Origin: a virus
Reading direction: 5' to 3' (one strand)
DNA: 50,810 nucleotides
IMG/VR virus record: IMGVR_UViG_3300045988_054624
Location: 1 to 50,810 of that record
A program made the position numbers and the translations under genes. This document shows positions 27,247 to 36,356 of the stretch, one piece after another (position 1 is the first letter of the stretch; the number at the start of each line of letters is the position of its first letter). The notes under the pieces were generated by a model. The model was not told the DNA's origin. It worked only from the letters and a program-made list of their open reading frames with translations, and made no database searches.

Positions 27247-27732
27247 TTATGCGGTTACGAGCGGAATAAATTTGCATTTAACGATGGATAATTGAATAGC
27301 ACCATATCCAATAACGTCACCTTTTTTCACAGGTATAAAATAGGTATCTATCATTCGAGTTGTACTATAATCACGCCAAGTTGCAATTTCAGGCATTGAA
27401 TCAAGATTCAAATATTTCACGTAAAAGCTCCTATCAGCAGCAGACGTTGATGCTTCAAATACAATACTAAATATTCCGTTAGACGGCGCGGTCCATTGTA
27501 AATCATCAACTGACATGTCTTGCATCGCGCTATAATCCGGCACCGAATAGTTGCCAGCCGTGCACTTGTCAATCTGCGTTTGCAAGTTTGAACGCGCATT
27601 GTTCAGCATGTTCAATTCATTTACATTTACCGTTCCGCTCGTAGCGACAAAACCGCCTGAATCCGTTATCAATACAGCGTTTGCGGCATGTCCGTCAGCA
27701 TTTAACTTTAAAACTCTATGTATTTCTTTCAT
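27247..27732 (-). CDS. Hypothetical fibre-associated protein
   Basis: 161-aa ORF downstream of the collagen-like fibre gene. Confidence 0.3.
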   Translation of the reverse strand: MKEIHRVLKLNADGHAANAVLITDSGGFVATSGTVNVNELNMLNNARSNLQTQIDKCTAGNYSVPDYSAMQDMSVDDLQWTAPSNGIFSIVFEASTSAADRSFYVKYLNLDSMPEIATWRDYSTTRMIDTYFIPVKKGDVIGYGAIQLSIVKCKFIPLVTA

Positions 27733-27788
27733 GAAATCCCCTCCTGTTATGCGGGGTGAACGGTGTTACCCGCTCACCCCTGATTGGT

Positions 27789-29117
27789 TTAGCATTGTTC
27801 GAGTTCTTCCACTCGCTTCTGCAACGCCTGCACCGTTACAATCAGCGGGAACACGAGGTCAGCCACCTTGACCGAAAGCATACCCTTTTCATCCTCGGAG
27901 ACGAGAAGTTTTGCCAATTCGGGAGAAACTTTCTCCAACTCTTGAGCGATTACACCAACACAAGGCGTTTCTTTACCCTTGTAGTTGAATGTCTTGACAT
28001 CAAGACTAGTAATGAAGTCAACGCAAGATTGAGCATCAACCATCTGAATGTTTTCCTTCAAACGGAGGTCAGAAGCAACCGTCCAGCTTTGATTGGCGTA
28101 CAACTTGCTGCCCGTTACATACGTTTCGAGATTCCCGGAACCAAACGTGATGCGGCTGCCATTGTTGTACGCCGTTTGAGCACCCTTCAACCTAAGAATG
28201 CCGCCCGTCAGGTTGCCGTCAAAGTCATCGCCCTGATCGCCTTTGTCACCTTTAGCCCCCTGCGGTCCGGTGGCTCCGGTATCGCCTTTATCACCTTTTA
28301 CGCCTTGAGGACCTTGCGGGCCAGTTGCACCGGTATCGCCCTTGTCGCCTTTAGCCCCTTTGAGCGCGATAAGTTGTGCCGGAGTAAAATCGGAATAAGT
28401 GAATGCGTCACCTTTATCACCCTTAGCACCTGTTGCACCCTGCGGACCTTGAGGACCGGTTTCACCCTGCGGACCTTGAGGGCCAGTCTCGCCTTGAATG
28501 CCTTGAATACCCTGCACGCCCTGTGCGCCCGTGTCGCCTTTTGGACCTTTGACATTAACCGCCGCAACGGAAGCCATGCCTGCCTTGCTAGGTGTCCATG
28601 AAAGCACGCCATCAGCAGAAACAGACGGGGTGTAATATCCTCCATCTTTTCCAGCAAGACTTGCTTGAGTGATAGCAGTATTTACTTCGTTTTTCGTGTA
28701 CGTGTTGTTAAGTCGGTCCGTCAGGCATTCATTCGTAGTGCCTACGTTGATTACGTCCGTGCTATGTTCTGCCATATCTTTGAATGTTGCGTTTCTGAAA
28801 GTTTGAGTGGTGCGGTCATAAACCATTCCTATGATGCTCTGGTCAAGCGTATCAATTCTAACTGCGTTGTCGGAATTGAGTTCTTCGCCCCAGTCTTCCA
28901 CCAACACAACCACATCACGGTCATTCAGGAATGCATAATACCAATGTTCAACATCCTGCCATTCTCCTACTTCTTCGTTGAAGTACATGCCAATGACGGA
29001 TTGCGAATTGTATTGAGATTGGCTAATAGCGATATACCCGGATTGATTGATATCTGTTTCGCTGGCAGTCACTGCCGTACAGATATTGTTTGCGTCAACT
29101 ATTGCGTAATAGTACAT
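27789..29117 (-). CDS. Collagen-like tail fibre with C-terminal S74 intramolecular-chaperone (endosialidase-type) domain
   Basis: About 40 G-X-Y triplets (GPQGPQGETGPQGPQGATGAKGDKGD...); the C-terminus LRLKENIQMVDAQSCVDFITSLDVKTFNYK...GVIAQELEKVSPELA matches the peptidase S74 chaperone domain. Confidence 0.7.
   Translation of the reverse strand: MYYYAIVDANNICTAVTASETDINQSGYIAISQSQYNSQSVIGMYFNEEVGEWQDVEHWYYAFLNDRDVVVLVEDWGEELNSDNAVRIDTLDQSIIGMVYDRTTQTFRNATFKDMAEHSTDVINVGTTNECLTDRLNNTYTKNEVNTAITQASLAGKDGGYYTPSVSADGVLSWTPSKAGMASVAAVNVKGPKGDTGAQGVQGIQGIQGETGPQGPQGETGPQGPQGATGAKGDKGDAFTYSDFTPAQLIALKGAKGDKGDTGATGPQGPQGVKGDKGDTGATGPQGAKGDKGDQGDDFDGNLTGGILRLKGAQTAYNNGSRITFGSGNLETYVTGSKLYANQSWTVASDLRLKENIQMVDAQSCVDFITSLDVKTFNYKGKETPCVGVIAQELEKVSPELAKLLVSEDEKGMLSVKVADLVFPLIVTVQALQKRVEELEQC
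28190..28565. repeat. Nucleotide-level GXY (collagen) tandem repeats
   Basis: Repeated ggaccttgaggacc / ggtgacaaaggcgac-type 9-nt periodicity inside the fibre gene; it generates spurious antisense ORFs (27756..28601 +, 28298..28657 -). Confidence 0.7.
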
Positions 29118-29149
29118 GTTTTTATTTTGTTTGTTTGTGTTTGTTTTAT

Positions 29150-30427
29150 TTACAATACTCCGAACGCTACGTTTTTGAGCGTTAGAGGACCGTAAAAATT
29201 TATACGTAGCATTATGTTACCGTTAATCAGTTCCGGAAATAATCCATTTACTCCTTGCGTCACACCAGTCCAATTTCCCCCTCCGTCAAAACTAACTTCC
29301 GGGTCAATTCCGGATGAATCGGAAAGTGCGTCATAGTCAACTTTTAGATAAAAATACGTAGCTGCGGTATTTGTGTATACCTCTCTGTAAGTCATTGTAT
29401 CTTGTCCTGTAATATTAAACTGACGCAATCTACTGTCGTATCCTCCGGGTTGAAAATCTAAATATGAGGTATCACTAAAATCATCTATCCATAAATCAAG
29501 TAATTGAGTACCCCAATCATGTTCATTAACCCCGCATAGAGCCGCTATAGCAAAGTCATTGTCCCTGTGCCTAGCGTCAACATAATCCGGCGAAACAAGT
29601 TCCTTCCATGCGCCAAATGTATTTGTGCCCGTGACGGCCCTGACAAATACGCGCACCGTATTGTCCTCCGCTGGAATAGCCACCTCTTGAACTACTCTAT
29701 TGGTAGAGCCGGAATCCACCACACGCACCGCCGCATATGTGCTTGAAATAGGCAAGTTGGTAATGTTTCCCGAACAAATATATTCGCCGTGACTAAGTAG
29801 CGTATTGAGGTTGGCATTGGCTACATATTTTGCATTGAACTCCCCTAATCTATCGCAGTTATGGTCTTCAAAATGCCCTTCGTAGGTAGATTCGTTTTCA
29901 ACGATGTAATACAAGCGGCCCGCTAATCGTTTCGAAGCGTCAAGCGTTTCACCCGGTTGTACGTAAACAATCCCGGCATCATAAGTCCCGGAAAGTTCAT
30001 TGAGGCGATCTAGCCATTGCTTCAACAAAGTAGGATAGTACGCCGTAATCTGGTTATCTCCATCAAGAGATTCACGAACAAGCAAGATAGCCTTGTAGGA
30101 GTAGAATACTGCGCTGTTTTCGCCGTCAGACGCATTTTCTTTGAAGACAATTTGATATTGAACTGCCCCGATTTGCCTCAATGAATAGTCCTGAACCGTC
30201 CAAGATAAAACTAGTTTGCCCTCTACCATCTCCGATTCAAGCTCGGTCATGTCAATCTGACCGTTAATTGAAGTAATTGCATACGGTATGTAGTTACGCA
30301 GGTCAATCGCATCGTGCATATAACTGTCTAACGTAAAGCGCAAGGTAGTAGTTCCATTTTCAAATTGAAACATTTTCACCACGCCCGGAGTAATCTGCCT
30401 GTTTGATACTGAAAGATTTAAGTCCAT
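29150..30427 (-). CDS. Tail fibre / receptor-binding protein
   Basis: 425 aa; adjacent to the collagen-like fibre; C-terminal GAWKEL knob-like region. Confidence 0.4.
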   Translation of the reverse strand: MDLNLSVSNRQITPGVVKMFQFENGTTTLRFTLDSYMHDAIDLRNYIPYAITSINGQIDMTELESEMVEGKLVLSWTVQDYSLRQIGAVQYQIVFKENASDGENSAVFYSYKAILLVRESLDGDNQITAYYPTLLKQWLDRLNELSGTYDAGIVYVQPGETLDASKRLAGRLYYIVENESTYEGHFEDHNCDRLGEFNAKYVANANLNTLLSHGEYICSGNITNLPISSTYAAVRVVDSGSTNRVVQEVAIPAEDNTVRVFVRAVTGTNTFGAWKELVSPDYVDARHRDNDFAIAALCGVNEHDWGTQLLDLWIDDFSDTSYLDFQPGGYDSRLRQFNITGQDTMTYREVYTNTAATYFYLKVDYDALSDSSGIDPEVSFDGGGNWTGVTQGVNGLFPELINGNIMLRINFYGPLTLKNVAFGVL

Positions 30428-30483
30428 GATTTAATTTCTCCCGTGTTGTATGTATTCTAGTTGTTTTATGTTGTTGTTCAATT

Positions 30484-30627
30484 CTAATATACTGGTCGTT
30501 CAGGTAGCAGGAGTTTTTCTAACGGTATCGGTTTGCCTCCGTTTTTCCAAAACTCAATTTCTTCTCTCGCTTCTTCTTCCGTATAACCACGCTCTTCCAT
30601 TTCTTTAATGAATTCATTTTCTGTCAT
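30484..30627 (-). CDS. Small acidic ORF (47 aa) translationally coupled to MuF (ATGA overlap)
   Basis: MTENEFIKEMEERGYTEEEAREEIEFWKNGGKPIPLEKLLLPERPVY. Its ATG overlaps the MuF TGA stop. It is below the 60-aa cutoff of the ORF track. Confidence 0.25.
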   Translation of the reverse strand: MTENEFIKEMEERGYTEEEAREEIEFWKNGGKPIPLEKLLLPERPVY

Positions 30628-32444
30628 TTTCCGAACTTCCTTCTATATTCTTTTTCGATTAGTTCGCCAATAGCCTTTGCAAAGTCACGAGGTTGAGGAT
30701 TGTTTCTATATTCGGCCCAAGCTTCGGCAATGGTTTCTTTTTTATTTACGCTAAGCTTTGTACTGTTTATTGCGTATTTACTTAATGTTTCACGGGTTAC
30801 ATGTTTACCGTTAATTCCTTTAGTATAGATTTCCGCGAATTCGGCATTGTCAGATATTTTCAATAAATAATCTAATTGGTGTCCGAACTCATGGTCAAAT
30901 ACAGATTTAACGGTATCACATCCAATCGGATGGAATTTTGTTTCAACGCTACGTTTTAATGCTGATGCAAACGATGATAAATCCGAACCGTATTTTTTAT
31001 TTACGGCAATTCCGCTCATTAACTCATTGTCAAAATACTTTCTATGGTCAAAGGCGTGCGCCCATTCACCGGATGTTTTGAAATAAGATGTTACTTTTGA
31101 TTTAATGCGTTTATCTATGGTTTCATCACCAAACCCGGAACGGAATGGTGCATAAGCCTTTTCAAAGTGTTTCCGTACAATGTCACCTAAAAAGTTCTTT
31201 TTCTCCTGTGCGGAACCCCAATAATGAACGTTGTTTTTAAGTTCAGGGAAATCCCTGAAATGGTCATGCAACGATTCATTCATACCGTTAGCAACTTCAA
31301 GGTCAATATTCCTGAAACTAACATTTTCAACGCCTGAATCTCTGGCAAATCGTTCCGCATCCTGTATGCTTTCAGCCGGTTTGAAAACATCCGCTACGTG
31401 ATCCGTCACATCTTCACCAGTTACGAACTTTCCACGCCATTCCTCATAACTCATATTACCGGGAATGGTAGTTGATTTTCCGTCCTCGTCTCTGGCTGCC
31501 CGCTCCGTGATATTGTCATCAAAGTAAGGAACCATGACAGAACGGCACCGGCAATGGAGCGGTGGAGCATTTACCCCTATTTCAACTTCCTTGCTGCGGA
31601 ATACTTTTCCGTCCATGCTCCGGCAAATGTCGGATGTATGAGAATCAAGCGTCGCGCAAAACTCTTGCATTTCAACGTCCAGTTCATCGTAACAATCCTG
31701 TTGTGCTACGTTGCCAAAATACGCGCTTTCCGTCATGACCAGATTCCCCGCCTTGCTCTTGGCAACGTCAAACTCTTTAGCAATCGTTGAAATGAGCTTG
31801 TCAGGGGAATCACCCCTAATGATAGATTGCGTCAAGTTCGTATGCAGCCTATTGACCAATGCGGGCCTGTGACTTCCCCAAATGCGTTCAGAAAAGTTCC
31901 TGCCATCTGATACCCAAGGGTTAGCCAACACCGTTTCTACTCGTTTTGCGTCGATTGCCGCAAAGCTGGAACCTACCCCTAAGCCGGTTTGAATGAGATG
32001 TCCGGTGCGGTAATATCCTTCGGTGTATATTTCCCCCATGACCTTTGTCATGCCGTCAAGTTCATTCCCCATGAGCACCTCAACTTGGTTCTGCATGGCT
32101 ATCTTCATTGCTTCCAAGCGGGAAATGCGATACCGCAACGAGGCATTTTCAAGTTGCTTCATCCATGCTTGACTGACGGCATTTTCCCTGCCGAATTTTA
32201 TGTATTGTTCAACATTCCATCGGAACTCTTCAAGTTCATTAGTAGTCAATAACTTTTTAGCTTCCGTCAGCGTGATATTGTTTTCCGTAGCTAACCGGGT
32301 GTATAGCTTATTGATTTCCTTTTGCGTTTCAAGCGCGGCCCGTTTGTAAGCCCGCTCTAACTCGTGATAATAATCCAATGCCTTTTTGTTCAAGGCATCT
32401 TCAAGCTGCAACGTCCGATGTTCCCAATATTCACTTGTTTTCAT
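30624..32444 (-). CDS. MuF / SPP1 gp7-like head morphogenesis protein fused to a C-terminal HExxH zincin-like domain
   Basis: 606 aa; immediately after the portal gene (canonical MuF position); C-terminal FDHEFGHQLDY...NAEFAE (HExxH plus a downstream Glu). Confidence 0.65.
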   Translation of the reverse strand: MKTSEYWEHRTLQLEDALNKKALDYYHELERAYKRAALETQKEINKLYTRLATENNITLTEAKKLLTTNELEEFRWNVEQYIKFGRENAVSQAWMKQLENASLRYRISRLEAMKIAMQNQVEVLMGNELDGMTKVMGEIYTEGYYRTGHLIQTGLGVGSSFAAIDAKRVETVLANPWVSDGRNFSERIWGSHRPALVNRLHTNLTQSIIRGDSPDKLISTIAKEFDVAKSKAGNLVMTESAYFGNVAQQDCYDELDVEMQEFCATLDSHTSDICRSMDGKVFRSKEVEIGVNAPPLHCRCRSVMVPYFDDNITERAARDEDGKSTTIPGNMSYEEWRGKFVTGEDVTDHVADVFKPAESIQDAERFARDSGVENVSFRNIDLEVANGMNESLHDHFRDFPELKNNVHYWGSAQEKKNFLGDIVRKHFEKAYAPFRSGFGDETIDKRIKSKVTSYFKTSGEWAHAFDHRKYFDNELMSGIAVNKKYGSDLSSFASALKRSVETKFHPIGCDTVKSVFDHEFGHQLDYLLKISDNAEFAEIYTKGINGKHVTRETLSKYAINSTKLSVNKKETIAEAWAEYRNNPQPRDFAKAIGELIEKEYRRKFGK

Positions 32445-33903
32445 TAGGCATCTTTCCGTTCATCGGCATAGCTCCTTCATAAGCGTCCATTGCTTCCTTT
32501 TCTTCCTTTTTGACTTCCTTTAGCTCGTCTTCAATGTCATCCACAAAAGGCACTTGAGCAAGCAAGGTACGATTGGAAAGCTTAACGCCAGCAGAAACAA
32601 GCATCTGCATTACTTCCGTTTCGTTCACCACGCCATCACGATTGAATATGATTTCAACGTCTTTTTCCTCAACGCTTTCTGTAGTGCTAAGGTATTGATT
32701 CACAAACCATAGCAAATCTTCCATTGACGATTGGAATTCAAGTTCCATGTCATTCGCGTCCAAATCAATATCAGAATAAATTGACTTGATATTCATCTGG
32801 TTCGGAGATCCACCCGTCCTCAATTCGCTAAAGTCATATCCCTTGCAGTTTTCAATCAATGCCTTTTTGAAAATGCCTAGGATTGATTCATAGTTAGCCG
32901 AGTTCACTTCCACCGTAAGGGTGCGAACGTCACCCCTTGCCCCATCACCGGAACGGACTTTGACCGCTCCGTATTGAGCTAGATTCTGCCTGAACTCTCC
33001 CAAGTTCTGGCCGTCATAGTTTTCAAGCACCAGAATCGTATTCCGTGCATCTTCCTCCATGTTGTTTTTGAAGGTACTAACGATGTCATTGATTGCATCC
33101 TGCAAACTCTTGCATCGTTTAATCAACGGAATTTCCTTGGCATTGAGCTTGAACGCAATGAGCGGAATGCGCTCCCAGTTGTAACCTTCTTCCTTTGAAT
33201 CAGTTGTAACGTTTATGTAGTTCTCGTGCGGTTTGGTCGCATCCGGCACAAGTCGATTGTTATCAAACGTGTAGAAGTCAATTCCGTCCTTCGTGTAAAC
33301 CTCTACCTTCTGGATAACGTCATGCGGAGTAATGGCATTCGGTTTTTCCTCCAAGTAGTAGCGCACGGCCATCATCAATTCATCGTGTTCCGTATCTCGC
33401 CAGAACGGAAGAATCTCATGCGCCGGGAACTTCTTAAACTTCAATTTGCTATCGCTGTAGTACGGATAAATCCAAGCAATACCTCCGTTCAAACAATCTT
33501 CCCCTAGGCTCTTCAATGTCTTGTGGAACCGCTTGTTGAACACCTTTTTTAGTGCTTCAATATATTGCGTGTCTTCACCCTTGAACGCAATAGGCTGGCC
33601 TAACAAATAGTTTTTCTTCTGGTCAACCATCTTCGCGTATTGGTTGTCCACGCAACGGTTATTCGGCAAGTTGTCCACTTCAACAACTTCACCAGCAGCA
33701 CCTAACACAGTTCGCTTTTTGCGTAAAATGTCATGGTGCCCCCTGTAGTATCGTTCACCGTTTAATTGGTCCAACCTTACCGGAGACGTGAGCCAATGAA
33801 TAATTTTCGTTTCCAGATAATTTTTATCGTTCAGATTTTGATTGTCGTTTGCAATAGTCATGAGTTTTTTCCCTGCCCAGTTCAATATGCTCTTGATGTT
33901 CAT
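32431..33903 (-). CDS. Portal protein
   Basis: 490 aa; between TerL and MuF; acidic C-terminus. Confidence 0.7.
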   Translation of the reverse strand: MNIKSILNWAGKKLMTIANDNQNLNDKNYLETKIIHWLTSPVRLDQLNGERYYRGHHDILRKKRTVLGAAGEVVEVDNLPNNRCVDNQYAKMVDQKKNYLLGQPIAFKGEDTQYIEALKKVFNKRFHKTLKSLGEDCLNGGIAWIYPYYSDSKLKFKKFPAHEILPFWRDTEHDELMMAVRYYLEEKPNAITPHDVIQKVEVYTKDGIDFYTFDNNRLVPDATKPHENYINVTTDSKEEGYNWERIPLIAFKLNAKEIPLIKRCKSLQDAINDIVSTFKNNMEEDARNTILVLENYDGQNLGEFRQNLAQYGAVKVRSGDGARGDVRTLTVEVNSANYESILGIFKKALIENCKGYDFSELRTGGSPNQMNIKSIYSDIDLDANDMELEFQSSMEDLLWFVNQYLSTTESVEEKDVEIIFNRDGVVNETEVMQMLVSAGVKLSNRTLLAQVPFVDDIEDELKEVKKEEKEAMDAYEGAMPMNGKMPNENK

Positions 33904-33947
33904 TGAAATACTTCCTTCACGTGATTCTTATAAAGTCAATTCATTTT

Positions 33948-35327
33948 TTAATCAAACCCAATAAGAGAACCCCTTCCGATTTTATCGGCTATGCCCGTTG
34001 TAGCGTCCGGCGCGTCATCATGTGCGTTCTTCCCTTCTCGCTGGTACTTGCTCATTGCCTCATGGTATTCCGGCCAGCGGTCACGCCAGTTTGCCGGGAA
34101 ATAGACATGTTCCATTACCCAAGTAGCATTTGACAGAATACGGGCAATCTTATTGGTCCTCTGTGTAAACGGCCTGATAATTGTATAATTTGACTGCAAT
34201 TCATCCCGCATGATTCGTTCAATCGAACGAGCAAAGCCGCGCCCGCCGTTGTTGCTTTCAATGTCTGCCACGTTGACCTTGTCTTCAACGAACATTCTCG
34301 CTGTAGCGGGTTCGGTGATCTCCATCGGTTCTTTCGTGTACAAGATGTCCAGAACATAGGCTTCATTGGCGAATGTCACGCCATAATTGATTGAGCAATG
34401 GTAGTCTTCGCCGGTATCAGCCGTGTCCGTGTAATTCCGTATTTCCTTAAACTCCGGCAATGCTCCGTCATACGTTTTGAAGCTGCTGTACAAGCGGCCC
34501 TTGATGTCAATCGGCTCTTGCTGGTAGTTAGCCTTGACTATGTCAATGTTCATGTTTTTTGTTTTGAACGCATAGTCTTCTTCCGTCAGGATGTCTTCAC
34601 ACAACATTGAACCGTCATCTTGAACGGCCTTGTAATTGATATGTTCTACATCATCAAAGTTTTCCAAGACGTACCCGGCCAAGTCACCCGTCGCCCATCT
34701 GGTCATGATGATAATGAGCTTGAATCCGGTTTCCGTTCGGGAAAGCATGGTATTGTTGAACCAGTCAACTTGTTTTTGAAGTGTATTTTCGTTGTATGCT
34801 TCCTCAACGTTTTTGATTAGGTCGTCAATAATCATGATGGTACAACCGAACCCGGTTGCCGTACCGGTTGGAGAAGTAGCAAGATAGTTTGTTTGTTCAC
34901 TGCCAGCCAACGCCCACTTTGAAGCGGATGCCTCGCCCTTTTTTATCCTCGTGTTCGGGAAAATGTCATTGTACACCGTGATTCCCGGTGTTTTTTCTTC
35001 CGCAATCTTATCACGCACTTGTCGGGCAAAAGTAGATGACAGGGTCTCGTTGTATGAACCTGTCATCACTTTGTTTTTAGTGTCTTGTCCGAATAGCCAT
35101 TGCACGAGCAACGTTGCCGTCCGTGACTTCCCGTGACGAGGCGGCATGTTGACCACAAGCACTTTTTTATCTGATTCATAAAACCGTTGCAACGTATTGC
35201 AAAGGTCTTTTAGGAATGGCCTGTCTTCCTTGTAAAAGTCAGGCGCAACTAACTTGCAATACTCCCAAAACTCACGCTTTGAGAGTTCAATCTTGGCTAA
35301 CAAGGCAATTTCACTTGTCACAAGCAT
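33948..35327 (-). CDS. terL: Terminase large subunit
   Basis: 459 aa; Walker A NMPPRHGKS; C-terminal nuclease-domain acidic residues. Confidence 0.75.
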   Translation of the reverse strand: MLVTSEIALLAKIELSKREFWEYCKLVAPDFYKEDRPFLKDLCNTLQRFYESDKKVLVVNMPPRHGKSRTATLLVQWLFGQDTKNKVMTGSYNETLSSTFARQVRDKIAEEKTPGITVYNDIFPNTRIKKGEASASKWALAGSEQTNYLATSPTGTATGFGCTIMIIDDLIKNVEEAYNENTLQKQVDWFNNTMLSRTETGFKLIIIMTRWATGDLAGYVLENFDDVEHINYKAVQDDGSMLCEDILTEEDYAFKTKNMNIDIVKANYQQEPIDIKGRLYSSFKTYDGALPEFKEIRNYTDTADTGEDYHCSINYGVTFANEAYVLDILYTKEPMEITEPATARMFVEDKVNVADIESNNGGRGFARSIERIMRDELQSNYTIIRPFTQRTNKIARILSNATWVMEHVYFPANWRDRWPEYHEAMSKYQREGKNAHDDAPDATTGIADKIGRGSLIGFD

Positions 35328-35805
35328 TGGCGAGCTTCCTCAATTCTTCCGTTGTCAGTTGTGACAATGGACTTTCCCGCTTGTCTTCAACTTCAACAAA
35401 TGATTTTTCCTTCCAACCAAAACGGCATTTCAGAATGAATGCAATGGCTCCAACGTCAGGCGGGAACGTCTTAGTTGTGATTTTCTCCTTAACCGGAAAC
35501 TTAGGGTCATTCTCAATAACTTTCCCGTCCAGCTTGTACCGTTCAACCTGAACTTCCGTATCTTTGTAACCTACCGCCTTGCGGAATAAAGCATTGACAA
35601 GTTCCTTCTCTTGAAGTTCCAATCCTCCGCTCAATGCGGACTTAATTTCAGGACATTTATTCGCCCAGCGGTTTAACGTTGCCCTGCCAATCCCCATATT
35701 GGTAGCAATTTGAGTATCGCTAAGTCCTTTTCCTTTCCATTCCGTCAACTTAGCCAATCCTTCAGCGGATGTATAGTAGTCGTATATTTGCTTTGCTTTA
35801 GCCAT
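35311..35805 (-). CDS. terS: Terminase small subunit
   Basis: 164 aa; HTH IATNMGIGRATLNRWANK; directly upstream of terL. Confidence 0.55.
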   Translation of the reverse strand: MAKAKQIYDYYTSAEGLAKLTEWKGKGLSDTQIATNMGIGRATLNRWANKCPEIKSALSGGLELQEKELVNALFRKAVGYKDTEVQVERYKLDGKVIENDPKFPVKEKITTKTFPPDVGAIAFILKCRFGWKEKSFVEVEDKRESPLSQLTTEELRKLANACDK

Positions 35806-35843
35806 ATCTTCCCGCCCTGTTTTATGTTGATTTAACCCTTAAT

Positions 35844-36356
35844 TCAATATTTTTTAATATCGTATGCTTTTGAATAAGCCGCAACTCCCCGCTGCATGAT
35901 ACGTAAAAAGTCCTCTCTTGAAAAGTCGGATAACCGATAAACTTCTTCCGGCTTCATTCCAAGCTGCTTTCCTATTTCCTTGACCGTCTTTCCGCTTGCA
36001 ATGAGGTTTTGAACAATAGCCTTCATTGGTTCAAGCTGGTGCGTTCCCCTTGCACGGTTGTGAGTAATGGTCCCGTACACGTCTTCCGCTTCGTCTTTGT
36101 GGTCTACTATGACAACGGGCACTTTTCCGTTGAGCTTGGTTTTCAGCGGTTCCCGTCCTGATACGGTCCAGCGGTGGAACCCGTCAATGATGGTAAAGTC
36201 TGGCCTAACAACAATCGGCAATGTCCATCCGTTAGTCAATATTGATTGAATAAGCAATTTGAGATTGTCTTCACTTACTACGTTAGGATTGTAATTATTC
36301 GCCTTCAAACGTGTTCGTTCAACTATTTGCACATTTGAGATTGGTTTTAATATCAT
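35844..36356 (-). CDS. IbrB/YbdM-like ParB-like nuclease-domain protein (copy 1)
   Basis: NYNPNVV...LLIQSILTNGWTLPIVV...IIDGFHRWT...KVPVVIVD...ITHNRARGTH; paralog of 41016..41534. Confidence 0.65.
   Translation of the reverse strand: MILKPISNVQIVERTRLKANNYNPNVVSEDNLKLLIQSILTNGWTLPIVVRPDFTIIDGFHRWTVSGREPLKTKLNGKVPVVIVDHKDEAEDVYGTITHNRARGTHQLEPMKAIVQNLIASGKTVKEIGKQLGMKPEEVYRLSDFSREDFLRIMQRGVAAYSKAYDIKKY

Noticed and set aside
27756-28657. Long ORFs on both strands (27756..28601 +, 28298..28657 -) inside the collagen-like fibre gene
   Set aside because: They are artefacts of the GC-rich GXY nucleotide periodicity, which keeps alternative frames open. The minus-strand collagen/S74 protein is the coherent product.
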